A DNA stretch of 64,000 nt, taken from contig NC_045697.1 of NCBI RefSeq assembly GCF_009834535.1, positions 69,442,001-69,506,000 of the forward strand. Direction: 5' to 3'. Below the pieces are notes generated by a model. It did not search any database. It saw only the letters and a list, made by a program, of their open reading frames with translations, and was not told the origin of the DNA. Below, piece after piece: positions 24,511 through 37,943 of this stretch. The stretch comes from Camelus ferus. Lineage: Eukaryota. The stretch's first letter is position 1, and the number at the start of each line of letters is the position of its first letter. Both the position numbers and the translations under genes were made by a program.

Positions 24511-25341
24511 CTTTGTGTGTGTATATGCTGCACTCTGGGTAATTTTTTCACATCTGTCTTCTACTTCAGTAACTCTCTCTTCAGTCATGTCTAATGTGCT
24601 ATTTAAGAGACCTAAATATATGACCAGGTAGATGTTAAGTGATTCAAAAAAGGCTTTTACATACAAAAAAAATAATTGTCATGTAAAACTTAATTTCTAG
24701 ACCTATTCTGCTTCTTGGTATTAACTTGCCAAAACTACTCAAAAGTGTATTTAAAATCTGTATATACACTATATGTAAGTTATACCTCAATTTTAAAAAA
24801 GATTAACAGCTGAGACTCAAAACCTGGTTCAAAAACTTAATTGATGATGTAAATAGTGTGAGGTAAAGAGAGTAAAGGCAGAGATTACAGTGTTTTGAGT
24901 CAAGAAAAATGGGCATTCAGTAAATGTTCATTGAAGGATCAATACATGAATGAATAAGTGAATAATTAATGTAACAAGATTAGTTTTCATGTATGGCTTT
25001 GCAATACTAGTGTCATTATTTTGTAGTTACATCTCATAGAGTTCTGTAGTTCATATGTCCCTTGGTTGCTATTGGTGACTAACATCATTGTCTGGTAGAA
25101 TGTTCTGTGTTCTTGCACTGTAGAAAGAACTTCCAGGCTGCAAGAATTGTGAAACAACACTGGTGTAACCAAACAAACTCAGATGATTTTCTTTCCTGAT
25201 TTCTCAAATATCCATATTTGAGAACATCACTTTCTCTGTGCTAAAGTACTATTTTACAGGAAAATAACAGTCATGTAGTTTTTATGCCTTTCTGGCCAAC
25301 AGAAGTCAATGTGGAGGCAACTGGTGGACCTAACTTTGAGG

Positions 25342-28330
25342 CATTGTTCTAAAACTGTGCTTTCAGAACATGGCTAGTCCCCTGGCAGGTTCACAGGGAT
25401 AAGCAAAGAGATTTTGGTTCAATGTACATTTCACAAATTTGAAATAAAAGATTAATTGTGATTTTCACAGAAAAGCTATTATAGTCTCAACAACCAACTC
25501 ATTATTAAAACTTGCATTATGCTTTATCAGAGGAGTCAGCTCAAATCTAACATTATGACTCATTTTATTATTTCTCTAATTGATAAAAATGGACCACAGA
25601 CTAAAATTCTAGGATTTCTAAAATTTAAATAATGGTAAAATGACCCCAAATAGCCAAAACAATCTTGAGAAAGGAGAACAGAGCTGGAGGAATCATGCTC
25701 CCTGACTTCAGACTTACTACAAAGCTACAGTCATCAAAACAGTATGATACTGGCACAAAAATAGATACATAGATCAATGGAACAGAATAGAGAGCCCAGA
25801 ATAAGCTCATGCACTTATGGTCAATGACTCTACCACAAAGGAGGCAAGAACATACAATGGAGAAAAGCCTCTTCAATAAATGGTGCTGGGAAAACTGGAA
25901 AGCTACATGTAAAAGAATGAAATTAGACATTTTCTAACACCACAAAATAAACTTAAAATGGATTAAAGATCTAAATGTAAGGCTGGAAACCATAAAACTC
26001 TTAGAAGAAAACATAGGGATAACACTCTTTGACATAAAAATAATAGCAATATCTTTTTCCATCTGTCTAGGAGACAAAGGAAATAAAGCAAAGGAAATAA
26101 AAACAAAAATAAACAAATGGGATCTAATTAAACCTAAAAGCTTTGCACAGCAAAGGAAACCATCAACAAAACAAAAAGACAACATACTGAATGGGAGAAA
26201 AGATTTGCAAATGATATGACCAATAAGGGGTTAATTTCCAAAATACATATACAGCTCATACAGTTCAACATCAAAAAACAAAAGCCAATTAAAAAATGGG
26301 GACCTGAACGGACATTTTTCCAAAGAGGACATGAAGATAGACAACAGGCATGTGAAAAGATGCTCAACATCGTTAATCATCAGGGAAATACAAATCAAAA
26401 CCACAATGAGATACCATCTCACAGCTGTCAGAATGGCTATCATCAAAAAGAACACAAATAACAAACGTTGGTGAGGATGTGGAGAGAAGGAAGCCCTCAT
26501 ACACTGTTGATGGGAAAGTAAATTGGTGTAGCCACTGTGGAAAACAGTATGGAGGTTTCTCAAAAAACTAAAAATAGAGCTATCATATGACCCAGCAATT
26601 CCACTCCTGGGTATATATCTGAAAAAGCAAAAAGACTAATTTGAAAAGATGCATGCCTCCCAGTGTTCACAGCAGCATTATTTACAATTGCCAAGATATG
26701 GAAGTAACCTAAGTGTTCATCAACAGATGAATGGATAGAGAAGATGTGAGATATATATATATATAATGGAATACTATCTAGCCATAAAAAAGAATGAAAT
26801 TTTGCCATTTGCAACAAAGTTGATGGACTTTGAGAGTATTTTGCTAAGTAGAACAGACAAAAACAAATACTATATCATATCACTTATATGTGGAATCTTA
26901 AAAAACCCAACAAACTAGTGAATATAACAAAAAAGAAGTAGACTCACAGATATAAGAAAGAAACTAGTGGTTACCAGTAGGGAGAGGGAAGGAAAAGAAA
27001 CAACATAGGAGTAGGGGATTAAGAAGGTACAAACTCTTATGTATAAAATAAGCTACAAGGATATATTGTACAACATGGGGAATATAGCCAATATTTTATA
27101 ATAACTGTAAATAGAGTATAATCTTTAAAAATTGTGAATAACTATACTATATGCCTGTAACTTATAAAATATTAAACATCAACTATCCTTCAATAAAAAC
27201 TAAAATAAAAATAAAATAATGATAAAATGTATCATAAATATAAGAACTCATAAAAATGTTATAATTGTAAATAGTAATCAGAAACTCAATGTAAATATAG
27301 AATGTGAACTTACATGCTCTGGTTTAAGGTGATCTACGAATGAGATAATTTCCCACATGCAGCCTAAAAATAAAATGCAAAATGGAAGTACATTGTGATG
27401 AAACATTAAACTGAAATGTACTGGCTTTATAATCCATTTATCCCTATTCCTTGATACACTGTTTTGAAATTTTGTCGAACAGATGTATCGAAGTCAGCAG
27501 AACTTCCTCAAAATTTTTAAATAAAGAAGAGTGACCTCTATAGTAAACTAAGGAAGTTTTCCAGTACAAGCCCTACATAATGCATTTCAAGAGACAACTG
27601 ATACATTCTATCACAAAAAGCATACACCAGTATTACTAAAATGTGATTCATAGTTTTATTCCTCATTACAAAATTAGACACAAGTCATACTATTTTTAAG
27701 TTTATAAAACTTCTGTAGATAAAAATATAGTGCTTGAGAGGAAACAGAATGAGTTACTAGATAAAACTCCTTTATCAAACGGAACCATTGGATGTCACAT
27801 AACGACAATGACATATGATGTGGAAGCACTGTAACAGGTTCATGGGTGTGTGTGTGTGTGTGTGTGTGTGTTCTTCTCAGTTGGATGGAACCTCTGATAT
27901 GTTGAGTATGACTCCACACTTGGCACATGGGCTGTCCATCTATGAGGGAGAAGTGCGTAATGGTATTTGTTCCACTTATTACTGAAACCCATGCTACTAT
28001 AGAGAAGAGATTTTTCATTACTTGCAAACTCCTATGTGAAAAGGGATATGGACTGGGAAAGTACCTTTGGGTCAGTGTTGACAAGTGGGAACATTCAGGA
28101 AAGGACAAACAGAATTTGCTCCGGATTACCTGACCCCACACTGTTCCACTCATTCATTGGCACTCAATGCTGAATGACTCTTGATCTTGATTTTGAGTTG
28201 AAGGAAATAATGGCAAGTAAAAATATAATCAAATTATATCCACTAACGGTAAAACTGTCTAGCATGCTGTGTGGAGGGGAAAAAAGTAGGCAGCAACTTT
28301 AAAAAGTCCACTTTTGCACACTGTCATAGG
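25342..28330 (+). mobile_element. Ancient hAT-Charlie (Buster-type) transposon fossil with degenerate transposase, split by L1
   Basis: Colinear motifs CFEILSN, PLSNGTI (27769), QLDGTSD (27878), IYEGEV, HCSTH (28139), IIKLYPL, LLHT (28311); possible terminus CATTGTTCTAAAACTGTG near 25342 (5' boundary uncertain). Confidence 0.75.
25643..27213 (+). mobile_element. 5'-truncated L1 (ORF2 end + 3'UTR + A-rich tail) with TSD
   Basis: L1 ORF2 motifs; 16-bp TSD AAATAATG(G/A)TAAAATG at 25627-25642 and 27214-27229; TT/AAAT endonuclease-type site. Confidence 0.95.
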
Positions 28331-28444
28331 AAAAAATGTGAGTGCGAGACCATACATAGAAATTTAATTTTATTCAAAAGTACTCACGTGAGACCGTATA
28401 TAGAAACATTTCTACATTCATAGCACTATTAATGCCAGGAAGGA

Positions 28445-28570
28445 CTAGGGAGACCATCTAATTTATTGTCTGATCAAGGACACTTTTGAGAATGAAAGGA
28501 TGCACTTTTAATGGTTTTATTGGGATAATAGACATAAACTGAAACTGTCCCAGGGACATATGTTATCTTA
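28445..28570 (+). mobile_element. MER94-like hAT-Blackjack MITE
   Basis: TAGGGAGACCATCTAATTTATTGTC..GGACACTTTTGAGAATGAAAGG..ACTGTCCCAGGGACATATG; a similar fragment lies at about 19403-19480. Confidence 0.7.
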
Positions 28571-28861
28571 TTAAAAACTATCCCTATGATTTCAAGTGAC
28601 TTGTTTGAATATTACATGTATAATATTATCAATATATTAAATAGCTAGCATAAAATTATCACTTCAGGGATGAAATATAATGTTAATGTTGAGAATAAGC
28701 TATTGAGATTCCTTTAAAAGCCTAAATTATGACATAAATGGTTTGATTGCTCAGTGTTTCAATTTTTTCCAATCCTGGTTGATTTTCTTCACTCACTGGA
28801 AAAATAAACTGATTCTACATAATGAGTGTATTTTAAAACTTTAAGAAAATGCTTTAAAAAA

Positions 28862-28937
28862 AAGAAGGAGGAGGAGAAGGAGGAGAAGGAGGAGGAGAAG
28901 GAGAAGGAGAAGAGGAAGAAGGGAGAAGAAGAAGAAA
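28862..28937 (+). repeat. (GAG/AAG)n purine-rich repeat
   Basis: Directly visible; explains the E/K-rich ORF 28826-29062. Confidence 0.9.
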
Positions 28938-29574
28938 TACTTTTGGAAGCTGAACTCATTCAGATGGATTTAATAATCCATCCATCTCTGTCTCCCAAGG
29001 TGACACATCCAGCCCCGAGCTTCCAGTTTACCGCCAATGGAGTGGAGAAAGTGCTCTGGTGAGAAGCCTCGCAGAATCTCCCCATAAGCACTGGAAAGAT
29101 CCACCACACGCTTGCTGACTCTCTCTCAAAGCTTTCATTGCGACAATGTAACAATTTAATAGAACAAAGAAAAATATAAATTGGATATGAAATCTGGCCA
29201 ATGGTTCAAAGCATCTGCAGATCCCTTAGTGAAAGGTAGTAAACAAGTATCATCCTTCTTTCTGATATGAAACCATTAAATAGCGCTAACAGTGATACAT
29301 TAACATATTATGCTTAAGTTTCACTTTTTAAATTATGATGAATCTTTTGGAAACGTTTATATTTGTTGGTGATTTTTGTGATTCATACTCAACGTAAATA
29401 ATCCACAAATGACAAAAGTTTTAGAAACTTTTAAAAATGATGGTTAAGGCAAAATTAAGGCTTACAGGTCTAAGCTTTAACTAAGGCTTAACCAAGATTG
29501 CAAAGAGCTGAGAGGATGGCTGTCTTCAAGCCCTACAGCTTATCCCCCAAGAATCAACTCAGGTATCATATTTT

Positions 29575-30570
29575 ACAAACATTTGAATCCTATCTGTGTG
29601 CCAGAGTTACAACACTGTACAAAAAGCAGCCCTTGTCCTTAAGAAACTTCAGAGAATCTGTGAAACCTCAGAGGTTTAAGCACTACATTGGAAAAAGTTA
29701 AGAAGCTCTAAAAACATACCAGAGAACATCCACCAAGACCTAGAGGAATCAAATCAGACAACTGAGATCTGAAGCTGAAGGGGTGGCAAAGGAGAGCATT
29801 CATTCCTGGCTTCGGCAACGTGATTTGCACAAATGTGGGAGGTGAGGAAGAGCACACCACCCTCAAAACTGCAGATATCTCAGCAGAGCAGAGCACCTAA
29901 CATGAAGAGACAATACTCTGATGAACCTGTTGTGTGACAGTGTAGACAGTGAAGGATATTAGCAGGAGAGTACGTGATTAGATTAGTGCTTTAGAAACAA
30001 TGTAGTGTGGAAAATGAATTAGAGGGCGGCAGGAAAAGGCAAGGAGACTTGTCAGGTGGCTGCAGAAGCAGTGGGACGATTTAAGAGCAGTGATAGTTTA
30101 TAAAATAGATAAACAACAAGGTCCTACCATATAGTACAGGGAACTATATTCAATTTCTTGTAATAACATATATTGGAAAAGAATCTGAAAAATATATGTA
30201 TATGTATAACTGAATCACTTTGCTGTATACCTGAAACTAACATTGTAAATCAACTATACTTCAATTAAATTTTTTTAAAAGAGCAATGATAGCAATAATT
30301 ATGGAAACACAAAGGAAGGGGAACAGAGGATGAAAGTGAATTCTGACATTTGATTTGGGTCTTGAAGGAAGAGTAGGGGTTTACCAAGTAAGGAAGGGCA
30401 TTCAAGACACAGCAAAGACAAAGGAAACTAAAAAGAAAAAGACATATTCCTGGATATTCATATATAAATGAAATGAGATATGAAGAGAAAGACGGAGTGG
30501 GAACAGGTTGGGGTGCCACTTGGTTTTCTGAGCTGGGGAGTGTCATGCTCAGATCTCTATTTTAGAAAAA
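29575..30570 (-). mobile_element. L2 LINE fragments (interrupted by L1)
   Basis: TTTGAATCCTATCTGTGTGCCAG, GATTAGATTAGTGCTTTAGAAA, TGGGTCTTGAAGGAAGAGTAGG, CAGATCTCTATTTTAGAAA. Confidence 0.6.
30097..30278 (+). mobile_element. Short L1 3' end with TSD
   Basis: L1 3'UTR; 14-bp TSD AAGAGCA(G/A)TGATAG at 30083-30096 and 30279-30292. Confidence 0.9.
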
Positions 30571-31989
30571 TGAAAACAGGGCGCAGGAGAGATTTGAAGT
30601 TCAAGGAGCTATCACCCTACCAAGCCCCTTTACAACAGCACAGCACCTCTGGATCGCCAGAGGAATTCCTTCAATCACAGGAGATCTGACCAGAACGAGG
30701 GCACGCTAAGATTTCCATAATGAAATACTTTCAGGATTAGGGAGGGAAATATTCTTCAACATCAGCGACATCTATTCAAGCTGTCCCTCCTGTTTCTTTT
30801 CCTTTCCCTCACTGACTAATATGAATCAATCACCTGTCCTGCAGGCTACTTGGTGGAGGTAAACAGAGTGATGGGGAGAAGGTAAAAAACACCAGCTGAC
30901 TATGCTCCCCAGGCCAGAGTGTTTGACTGACTGACTGCAGGAGTGGAAATACCACTCCTGTCTATTCAAAAGGAGCCCTGGGAATACCTGTTCTTTGTAC
31001 AAGATGTGGTTTAAAAAAAAAAAGTGTCATCATAGTAATGCAGGGCCAATTTCTTCACAAGGAGTGGGATGAACATGTCACAAAGGGCCATTGTGAGCAG
31101 TTTCCCTTAATTGGATGGCGTAGCTAATTTGCAGCATCCTAGCAGCAAGTAAACTCCGCTCCCACACAAACCTCAGAAACTTAGTGAGAGGCTGTGAGCT
31201 CCTGACACAGGCTCAGATCTATGATTGGGTCCACAGAAAAGATGCCACAGGAAATGGTCCCTGGTCTCTGACAGCACAGCAGGGAATCCAGCAAAGAAAG
31301 CTATTTGCAACCCTGATTTCAGTGACTCATCTTCCACCTTTTAATTTTCTGAAATTGGGATGCATCTCACCACTGATTTAATGTAGTGTTATTTCTTTTC
31401 TTGTAAGATGTTCTTCAACAGATACGTGTCAACTGATGTGCTAGGGAAGGCATGGGCAGATCCACTACCCCGGGGGGTGGCAAACATGCTAGTCAGCCAG
31501 TGACCTCTGGAACAAGAGGCTCTTTGCTTATGGAAAACTTCTTCCTGCAGGACGGTGCCCACTGAGTGGGTGGCCAGGGAGTTTTGACCTCTGGGTGGGC
31601 AGAAGAAGTGTCTCAAGTGGCATAATTATGGGGTCCTCTAAGGGACGGGGTGTGTGTGTCGGGGGTGGAACTCTCATGCATCCTGTTCAGCCTGAAATTC
31701 CTGTATTACAAAGTCATCCTTTAGGTCTTAAAAATTCATCTTGTCTTTGAGAGTTTCCATTGTATGATTTTCAAATTGAATAGCAATGAACTCTTTTCAA
31801 GTAAAATCTCATTAGAAATAATAGTATAGAAATAGATATTTCAATGGCTTCCTTGCTTAGTGGAAAACATCTTATTCTTTGCAGGATTTCTGAATCACCT
31901 CCATGGAACATTGTTTGAAAATCACTGTTACAATCCACTAATAGATATATGGGGGAAAAGTTATGAGTGAAGAATCAAATGATTAGAAA

Positions 31990-32130
31990 CTTTCAAATTT
32001 ACCTAGTCCAACATCCTCATTTAATTAAAGAGGCAACTGAGTCTCTGAGAGGTTAAAAGGCTCACCTATGGTTAGTACTTATCCAGGTGGTGACTGCTGG
32101 GATCAGAACCTCGGCCAGCTGGTCCCCAGT
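31990..32130 (-). mobile_element. MIR SINE
   Basis: CTAGTCCAACATCCTCATTT..AGAGGCAACTGAGTCTCTGAGAGGTTAA. Confidence 0.6.
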
Positions 32131-33550
32131 CTACCGTTCTGGTAGGACAATAGGGGGCCATTTCCAAGAAATGGCAGAGGTCCACATCCCTGGGTCACCA
32201 CATTGCCTGGAACTGGCCCTGCACCCTCAGAGGGGACACCTGCCACCACAGCCACTGGAGCTTCTGCAGCCTGGTTCTCCTGTCTCTCCTTTTCCCAAGC
32301 ACCATCCTCCATCAGGAGGATGGCCATCAGGGAGGGGACAACCTCAGGTAAACAGACCAGTCAGTCTCCCAAGAAGAAAGGTTGAATGGCTAAGACCCAC
32401 AGAAGGCAGAATTTCTCCCTGCTTTTCTCTCACCCTGAGTCCTGGGAATGTCTTCTCAGAAATGCCATGTGGGCTCCTGGGATCACCCATCCTTCCTTCC
32501 CAAGAGGCAGCTCTAAGCCATGGCGGTACCTGACGCCAGACTGAAATCCATGCCACGTTCCAACTCTGCCAGGTGGGCATATTAATGTGTCATCAGTGGC
32601 CTCAGTTATAAATGTGGGATAATAATAGTACTGGGCTTGTGATGATGTAGTGAAGATTCAGTGGGAAAGTACACGTGGAGCACTTAGCATGTGGTGAGAA
32701 CTCAGTCATCCAGTTACCTCGTATTACTAATAATGCTAGTTGTTATCTAGTCCAATCTGTTGAGCAGCTGTTTTGTGGGAGGCATATGCCTCATAAAACC
32801 AAGAACATTTTTGAATAGCTGCATCTTTTACATTAGGTTGGAGGGTAGAGGGGAACCTGGTTGAACTTTGCGACAAACCACTTGTCATCAAACTAAGGAA
32901 GATTCAGCTGAAAGAATCCCCCACAGATGCTTTGCTTCAATCCCTGCTGATACAGTCAGCCTAATTCCTGGACACTGTGATGCTAAAATACTAACTCAGT
33001 TCCATAAATACACACTTGATCAGCAGTGGTCCTTCAGTCAGGGAACTGTAATGAAAACATGCTTTCTCTTCATTGTTTTAAGATGCTAGTCTTTTGTTCT
33101 TGTCCCAGATTCTCCCATTCTTCCTATTTTTCTCCTCTACTCTTTATCTTGTTTCCTGCCTTCCAAGTGTGATAGGACTTCTTTGCCATCTAGAGAAAAA
33201 GACCAAGAGATATCCTTCTCTGCCTTGCTGCAGACAGGTGCTTCCCGAGAGCCCTGCTGCTTAGGGAAAAGCTGTTAGATGAATAAAATCTTTCCACTAC
33301 TTCTAATGTGAAGAGGTATTAGACATGCGTAACTGAGGATACCTAAGGAAGTTTGACAGAAGAATACTTCAATGGTATTGGACAATGAAAATAAGTTTAT
33401 AAAAATAATAAGCAACATTTGAAACTAAGTAAACTGAGCTCATACATAAAATGTAACAAGAGAAGACTTGGCCGTGAGTGTTGGGTGATGGGGGATGCTG
33501 TCTTGGGAAGGCGCTCGGAACTCAGGTAACTGACTTCTAAGCAAACAATA

Positions 33551-34360
33551 TGTGATATTGTGATTTATCATAAGAAATACGTATTTGGTCTTCATCCCAT
33601 TCCTGATGCAGAGCTCCTAAAACCTTGGAATTTCCCAAGTGATAAGGAGAGAGAAAGGTGTTACTTATAAGCCCTTTCAACCACACCTGAGTTTATGAGG
33701 TGACCTTTGCAAAGCCCCTAATGGTGGGGCTGGTTGCCAGAGGAACCAGCCTTGTGATTAGAGGGTTGGAATGGTCAGCTCCATTTTTCCCACCTCTGGA
33801 AAGGGGAGAACGGCTGGAGACTGAATTTGATTACCAATGGCCAGTGATTTAATCAATCCTGCCTACATACCGAAGCCTCCATGAAAATCTCTAGAGCACT
33901 GAGAGCTTCTCGTTTGGTGAACACATGGAGCTGCTGGGAAGGTGGCTGGAGAGGGCATGGAAACTCCTTGCCCCTTCCCCTGTAGCTTGCCCTGTGCATC
34001 TCTTCCATCTGGACGTTCCTGAGTTATATCCTTTGTAATAAACTGGTAATCAAGTAAGTAAACTGTTTTCCTGAGTTCCATGAGCTGTTCTAACAATGAC
34101 TTATAGCCAATCAGTCAGAAGTCCAGGTGACAACTTGGACTTGCATTTGGTGTCTGAAGCTGGGATGCAGTCTTGTGGGCCTGAGCCTTAACCTGTGGGA
34201 CCACGTGCTCTCAAGTCAGACAGTGTCAGATCTGAGTCAAAGTTGTAGGACACCCAGTTGGTTAGTGTGGGAAACCCCCCAACATACACATACACACATT
34301 TGGTGGCCAGAAGAACTGAGTATGAGAATAGAAGACAAAACAGAGTTTTTCCTTTACACA
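33551..34360 (+). mobile_element. MER21-family solo LTR
   Basis: TGTGATATTGTGATTTATCATAAGAAATACGTATTTGGTCTTC start, AATAAACTGGTAA..GTTTTCCTGAGTTC, ends in ACACA. Confidence 0.85.
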
Positions 34361-34469
34361 GCGCCTTGGGGGCTCATGGTTATTTTACACTTATTATACT
34401 GAAAATTAAAGTTATATATGTAAAAACTAAACCTAAGAGTGATTTGAAAACATGATTTACAATCACCTG

Positions 34470-35870
34470 TGTCATATATCTAATTTCCACGTATTCATAA
34501 ATCTGTTGCTGGCTCTTTATTCTGTTCCACTGGTCTATTTATGTTGTTTTTAATACCTCCCCCTGCATTACTGTAGATTTTTTTATAAGGTATATGATAA
34601 AGTGAGTCCCTGAATTTTCATTTTGCCAGAATTTTCTTGGCTCTTCTTGGTCTTTTACACTTCTTCATACACTTTAGAATTAATCTTTCAATAAAAGAGG
34701 AAAAAATTCATTGAGTTTTTATTGGAATTGCATTGATTGATTCTACTAATTTGGGGGACATTTAATAGCTTTAAGATATTGAGCATTCCCATCCAAAAGC
34801 ATGATATATGTTTCTACTTAGATTGGCTTTAATTTTTACTACATTTTATAATTATCTCCAAAGCAGTCTTGCATATCTTTTGATTTATTCTTATGTACTA
34901 TGGTATTTTCGTTGCTGTTTAAAATAGAGTCTTTCTTAATTACATTTTTTACATTTGTTGCCAGGGTGTAGGAATACAATTGATTTTTTTTAATTGAAGT
35001 ATAGTCAGTTTATAATGTTATATCAATTTCTGGTGTACAACATAATGTTTCAGTCACACATATACATTCCTTTTCATATTCTTTTTCATTATAGGTTACT
35101 ATGAGATAAAGTTCCCTGTGCTATACAGTAGAAACTTGTTGTTTATCTATTTTATATTTAGTAGTTAGTATTTGCAAATCTCGACCTCTCAATTTATCCC
35201 TTTCCACCCCCTTACCCCCCTGGTCACCATAAGTTTGTTTTCTATGTCTGTGAGTCTGTTTCTGTTTTGTAAATAAGTTCATTTGTGTCATATTTTAGAT
35301 TCCACATATGAGTGATAACAGATGGTATTTTTTTCCTCTCTTTCTGGATGACTTCACTTAGAATGACAATCTCCAGGTCCGTCCATGTTGCCAATTGATT
35401 TTTTATGCATTTGTATCCAGCACTCTTGCCAAGTTCATTGGTCAGTCCTAGTAATTAGCCTGTAGGTTCCCCTGGACTTTCCATGTAAACGTAAATGGTG
35501 AACAATGGCAGTGTTGCTTCTTCCTTGGCAACCTACATACCTTTCTTTTTATTTTTATTTCTTTTTTAACTCACTACACTCATAGGGTATATGATAAGAT
35601 AGACACAGTAAAATGGGTTTTTTACTTTTCCTGATTTGTAATGAAATGTTTTTTCTTGTACATGATTACATGGGATGTTATCAGTGAGTTCTGGTAGAAA
35701 CCCTTTATCGGGTTAAGAAAGTTTCTTCTCTTACTAGTTTTCTAAGTGGTTTTTTCAGGAAGGTATATGCAACTTTATCTAATGCTTCTTAGGTTAAATT
35801 TTGAGATAACCATATGGTTTTTCTTTTATAAAATGTTAATGTGGAGAATTAGAGCAAATAGATATTTATC
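34470..35870 (-). mobile_element. Old L1M ORF2 fragment (interrupted by younger L1)
   Basis: TTCTGTTCCACTGGTCTAT, TTGGAATTGCATTGA, CCCTTTATCGGGTTAAGAAAGTTTC. Confidence 0.75.
34990..35391 (-). mobile_element. Camelid L1 3' end (~400 bp) with TSD
   Basis: 3'UTR to poly(A); TSD CAATTGATTTTTT at 34977-34989 and 35392-35404. Confidence 0.92.
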
Positions 35871-36329
35871 AAAATTATCCATGAGCATGGTTTAAAGGGT
35901 CCGATGGCTCCATGGCAGACTGCTCTCTAGTAAGGTGTGCGAGTTCCAGTCACCCTACAGCTTCATCCACACTTGGTATTCTTATCAGTGTTATCATTTT
36001 GGCCATCCTAGCGCGTGTGGGGTGATAGCTCCTCATTTAGGAGCTCTGTAGTTTCTGCTGGGGGTAAAACTAACCAAAACTGACTAGTGTAGAGTGAGCC
36101 ACACCAAGATATTTGCAAATTGGTAGATAAATCAATTTGCATAACAATAGCTCAACCCAAAGTCAACATCATAACAGAGATTCCAAAACCACCGTGAAGG
36201 GCTGTTGCCAGGGCTTTGTGAATCCATTATCTATAAACGGTAGCTGTAATCTACTGTTTGCACACTAAATTAATAACCTTATAACTATGTGGGCTCTAAG
36301 CTTTTTTTTTTCTTTATAAAAGGGCTTCT

Positions 36330-36540
36330 TGTGTGGCTAAGACACAGGAGGGGCACTGACAACTATTCTATGTGACCTGGGGTAAACGCTGAAACCTGAG
36401 TTTCTGTCTTCATATGTGTCAAGTGGGATAGTAGAAGGATCCACAGAATAGGGTCATTTTGAGAATAAAATGGAGACAATCCATATAAAGAATTCAGTCC
36501 AGTGACTACCTCGGCCCATGTGCTCATTAAAAGCTTAGCT
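36330..36540 (+). mobile_element. MIR SINE (degenerate)
   Basis: TATGTGACCTGGGGTAA, TGTCAAGTGGGATAGTA, TGAGAATAAAATGGAGACAAT. Confidence 0.55.
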
Positions 36541-37584
36541 TAGTTGTTATTACTTGTCAAACAGCTTGGATACTAGTTGCGTCACTAGTAGACGAGGAGT
36601 TAAGCAGTCATGCAAACCCCTAGCAGATTCATATACAAACTGGACAAAGTGGAAAACAATATGTGAAACATCTGGAAGCATCCCAAAGTGGACAGAAACC
36701 AGAAGAAACTTCAGTCTCAAGAAACTGCAAGTAGAAGGAGTAAAAACTGCAGACTGTGCTGCTTGATCCAAGGTAGCTGCCAACTCCCACGGCCACGGCT
36801 GAAGAGAAACTACAAAGTTAAAGGACGCTGTTACATAATAGATGGCCTTGGACCCTGTCTAAAGTAACAGTGTTGTAAGCGGTGGTCTTCAGAGGTACAG
36901 AAAAGGGGAGATGAAAAGAGAAATTGCTCATCCAGACTCACGCCAGAACTCCATACCTGGCAGATGTTATTATAAAGGAATTAGTGAAGAGTATTGCATA
37001 GTTGGGAGATGACTGTTCATTCATTCATTGTGTTCACTCCCCTCCTTGTCCATTTATTCAACAAACTTTTATCAAGCATCTGCAATTTTATTACTAAATA
37101 GAAGACCTATAAAGATGAATTTCTGGATTTCCTCTCTTTACTCTCTAGACACAGACTTGAGCAACTTCAGAGTTCATTTGAAAGCTTCGCCTCAGAAACC
37201 TGCACCCGGTCGTGGCTTCCACCTGCCTGAAATCACCACTGGCAACAGAGTGAGCAGGGCAGCGGCTGCGTGTACCTTGAGTTTCTACCCACGTCCATAG
37301 GCCTGGCTGAGAGGGTCTACACCCATGATGACCAACCTTGGCTGCACGTTAGACTCACATCAGAATTTGTAAATCTTCCTGTGTGATTCTGGGTGCAGCC
37401 AGAATGGAGAATGAACACCAGGCTGGCTTAGCTGCACCAGCACAAGTGAGAACTGCTAGGTGGTCTTCCAGGCAGCAGGGAGGCAGGGAGGTGTGCTGCT
37501 ACTGATGGTGAGACAGGGCAGGCTAGAGGAGGGGGGCTTTACAGTCAGCTCCCATGCCTGCTCCCCACTGGAGGGGGTTAATTT

Positions 37585-37943
37585 CCACTGGGAAGCGTTG
37601 TGCCCCAAAATTCATATGCCGAAGCCCTAACCCCCACAGTGCAGAATGTGACTGTACTGGGACATGGTCCTTAAAGAGATGTGAGGGTGAGCCCTTATCT
37701 GATATGACTGGTGTGGCTATAAGAGGAAGAAATTAGCACACAAGCACACAGAGAGGGAAGAGCATCTGGAGACACAGTGAGAAGGCAGCCATCTGCAAAG
37801 TAAGCAGAGAGGCCTCAGAAAAAACCAACCCTGCTGACACCTTGATCTCAGACTTCCAGCCTCCAGAGCTGGGTGAAAATAAACTGTCGTTTAAGCCACC
37901 CAGTCTGCGGTGTTTGTTAGGGCAGCCGTAGCCAACTCATACA
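37585..37943 (+). mobile_element. MaLR solo LTR (MLT1B-like)
   Basis: CCCCAAAATTCATATGCCGAAGCCCTAACCCC...CCTGCTGACACCTTGATCTCAGACTTCCAGCCTCCAGA...TTTAAGCCACCCAGTCTG...ATACA. Confidence 0.88.

Noticed and set aside
28826..29062. E/K-rich 78-aa ORF
   Set aside because: Produced by a (GAG/AAG)n simple repeat
36550..36800. Purine-rich, coding-like stretch
   Set aside because: No recognisable homology and no convincing splice-site pair
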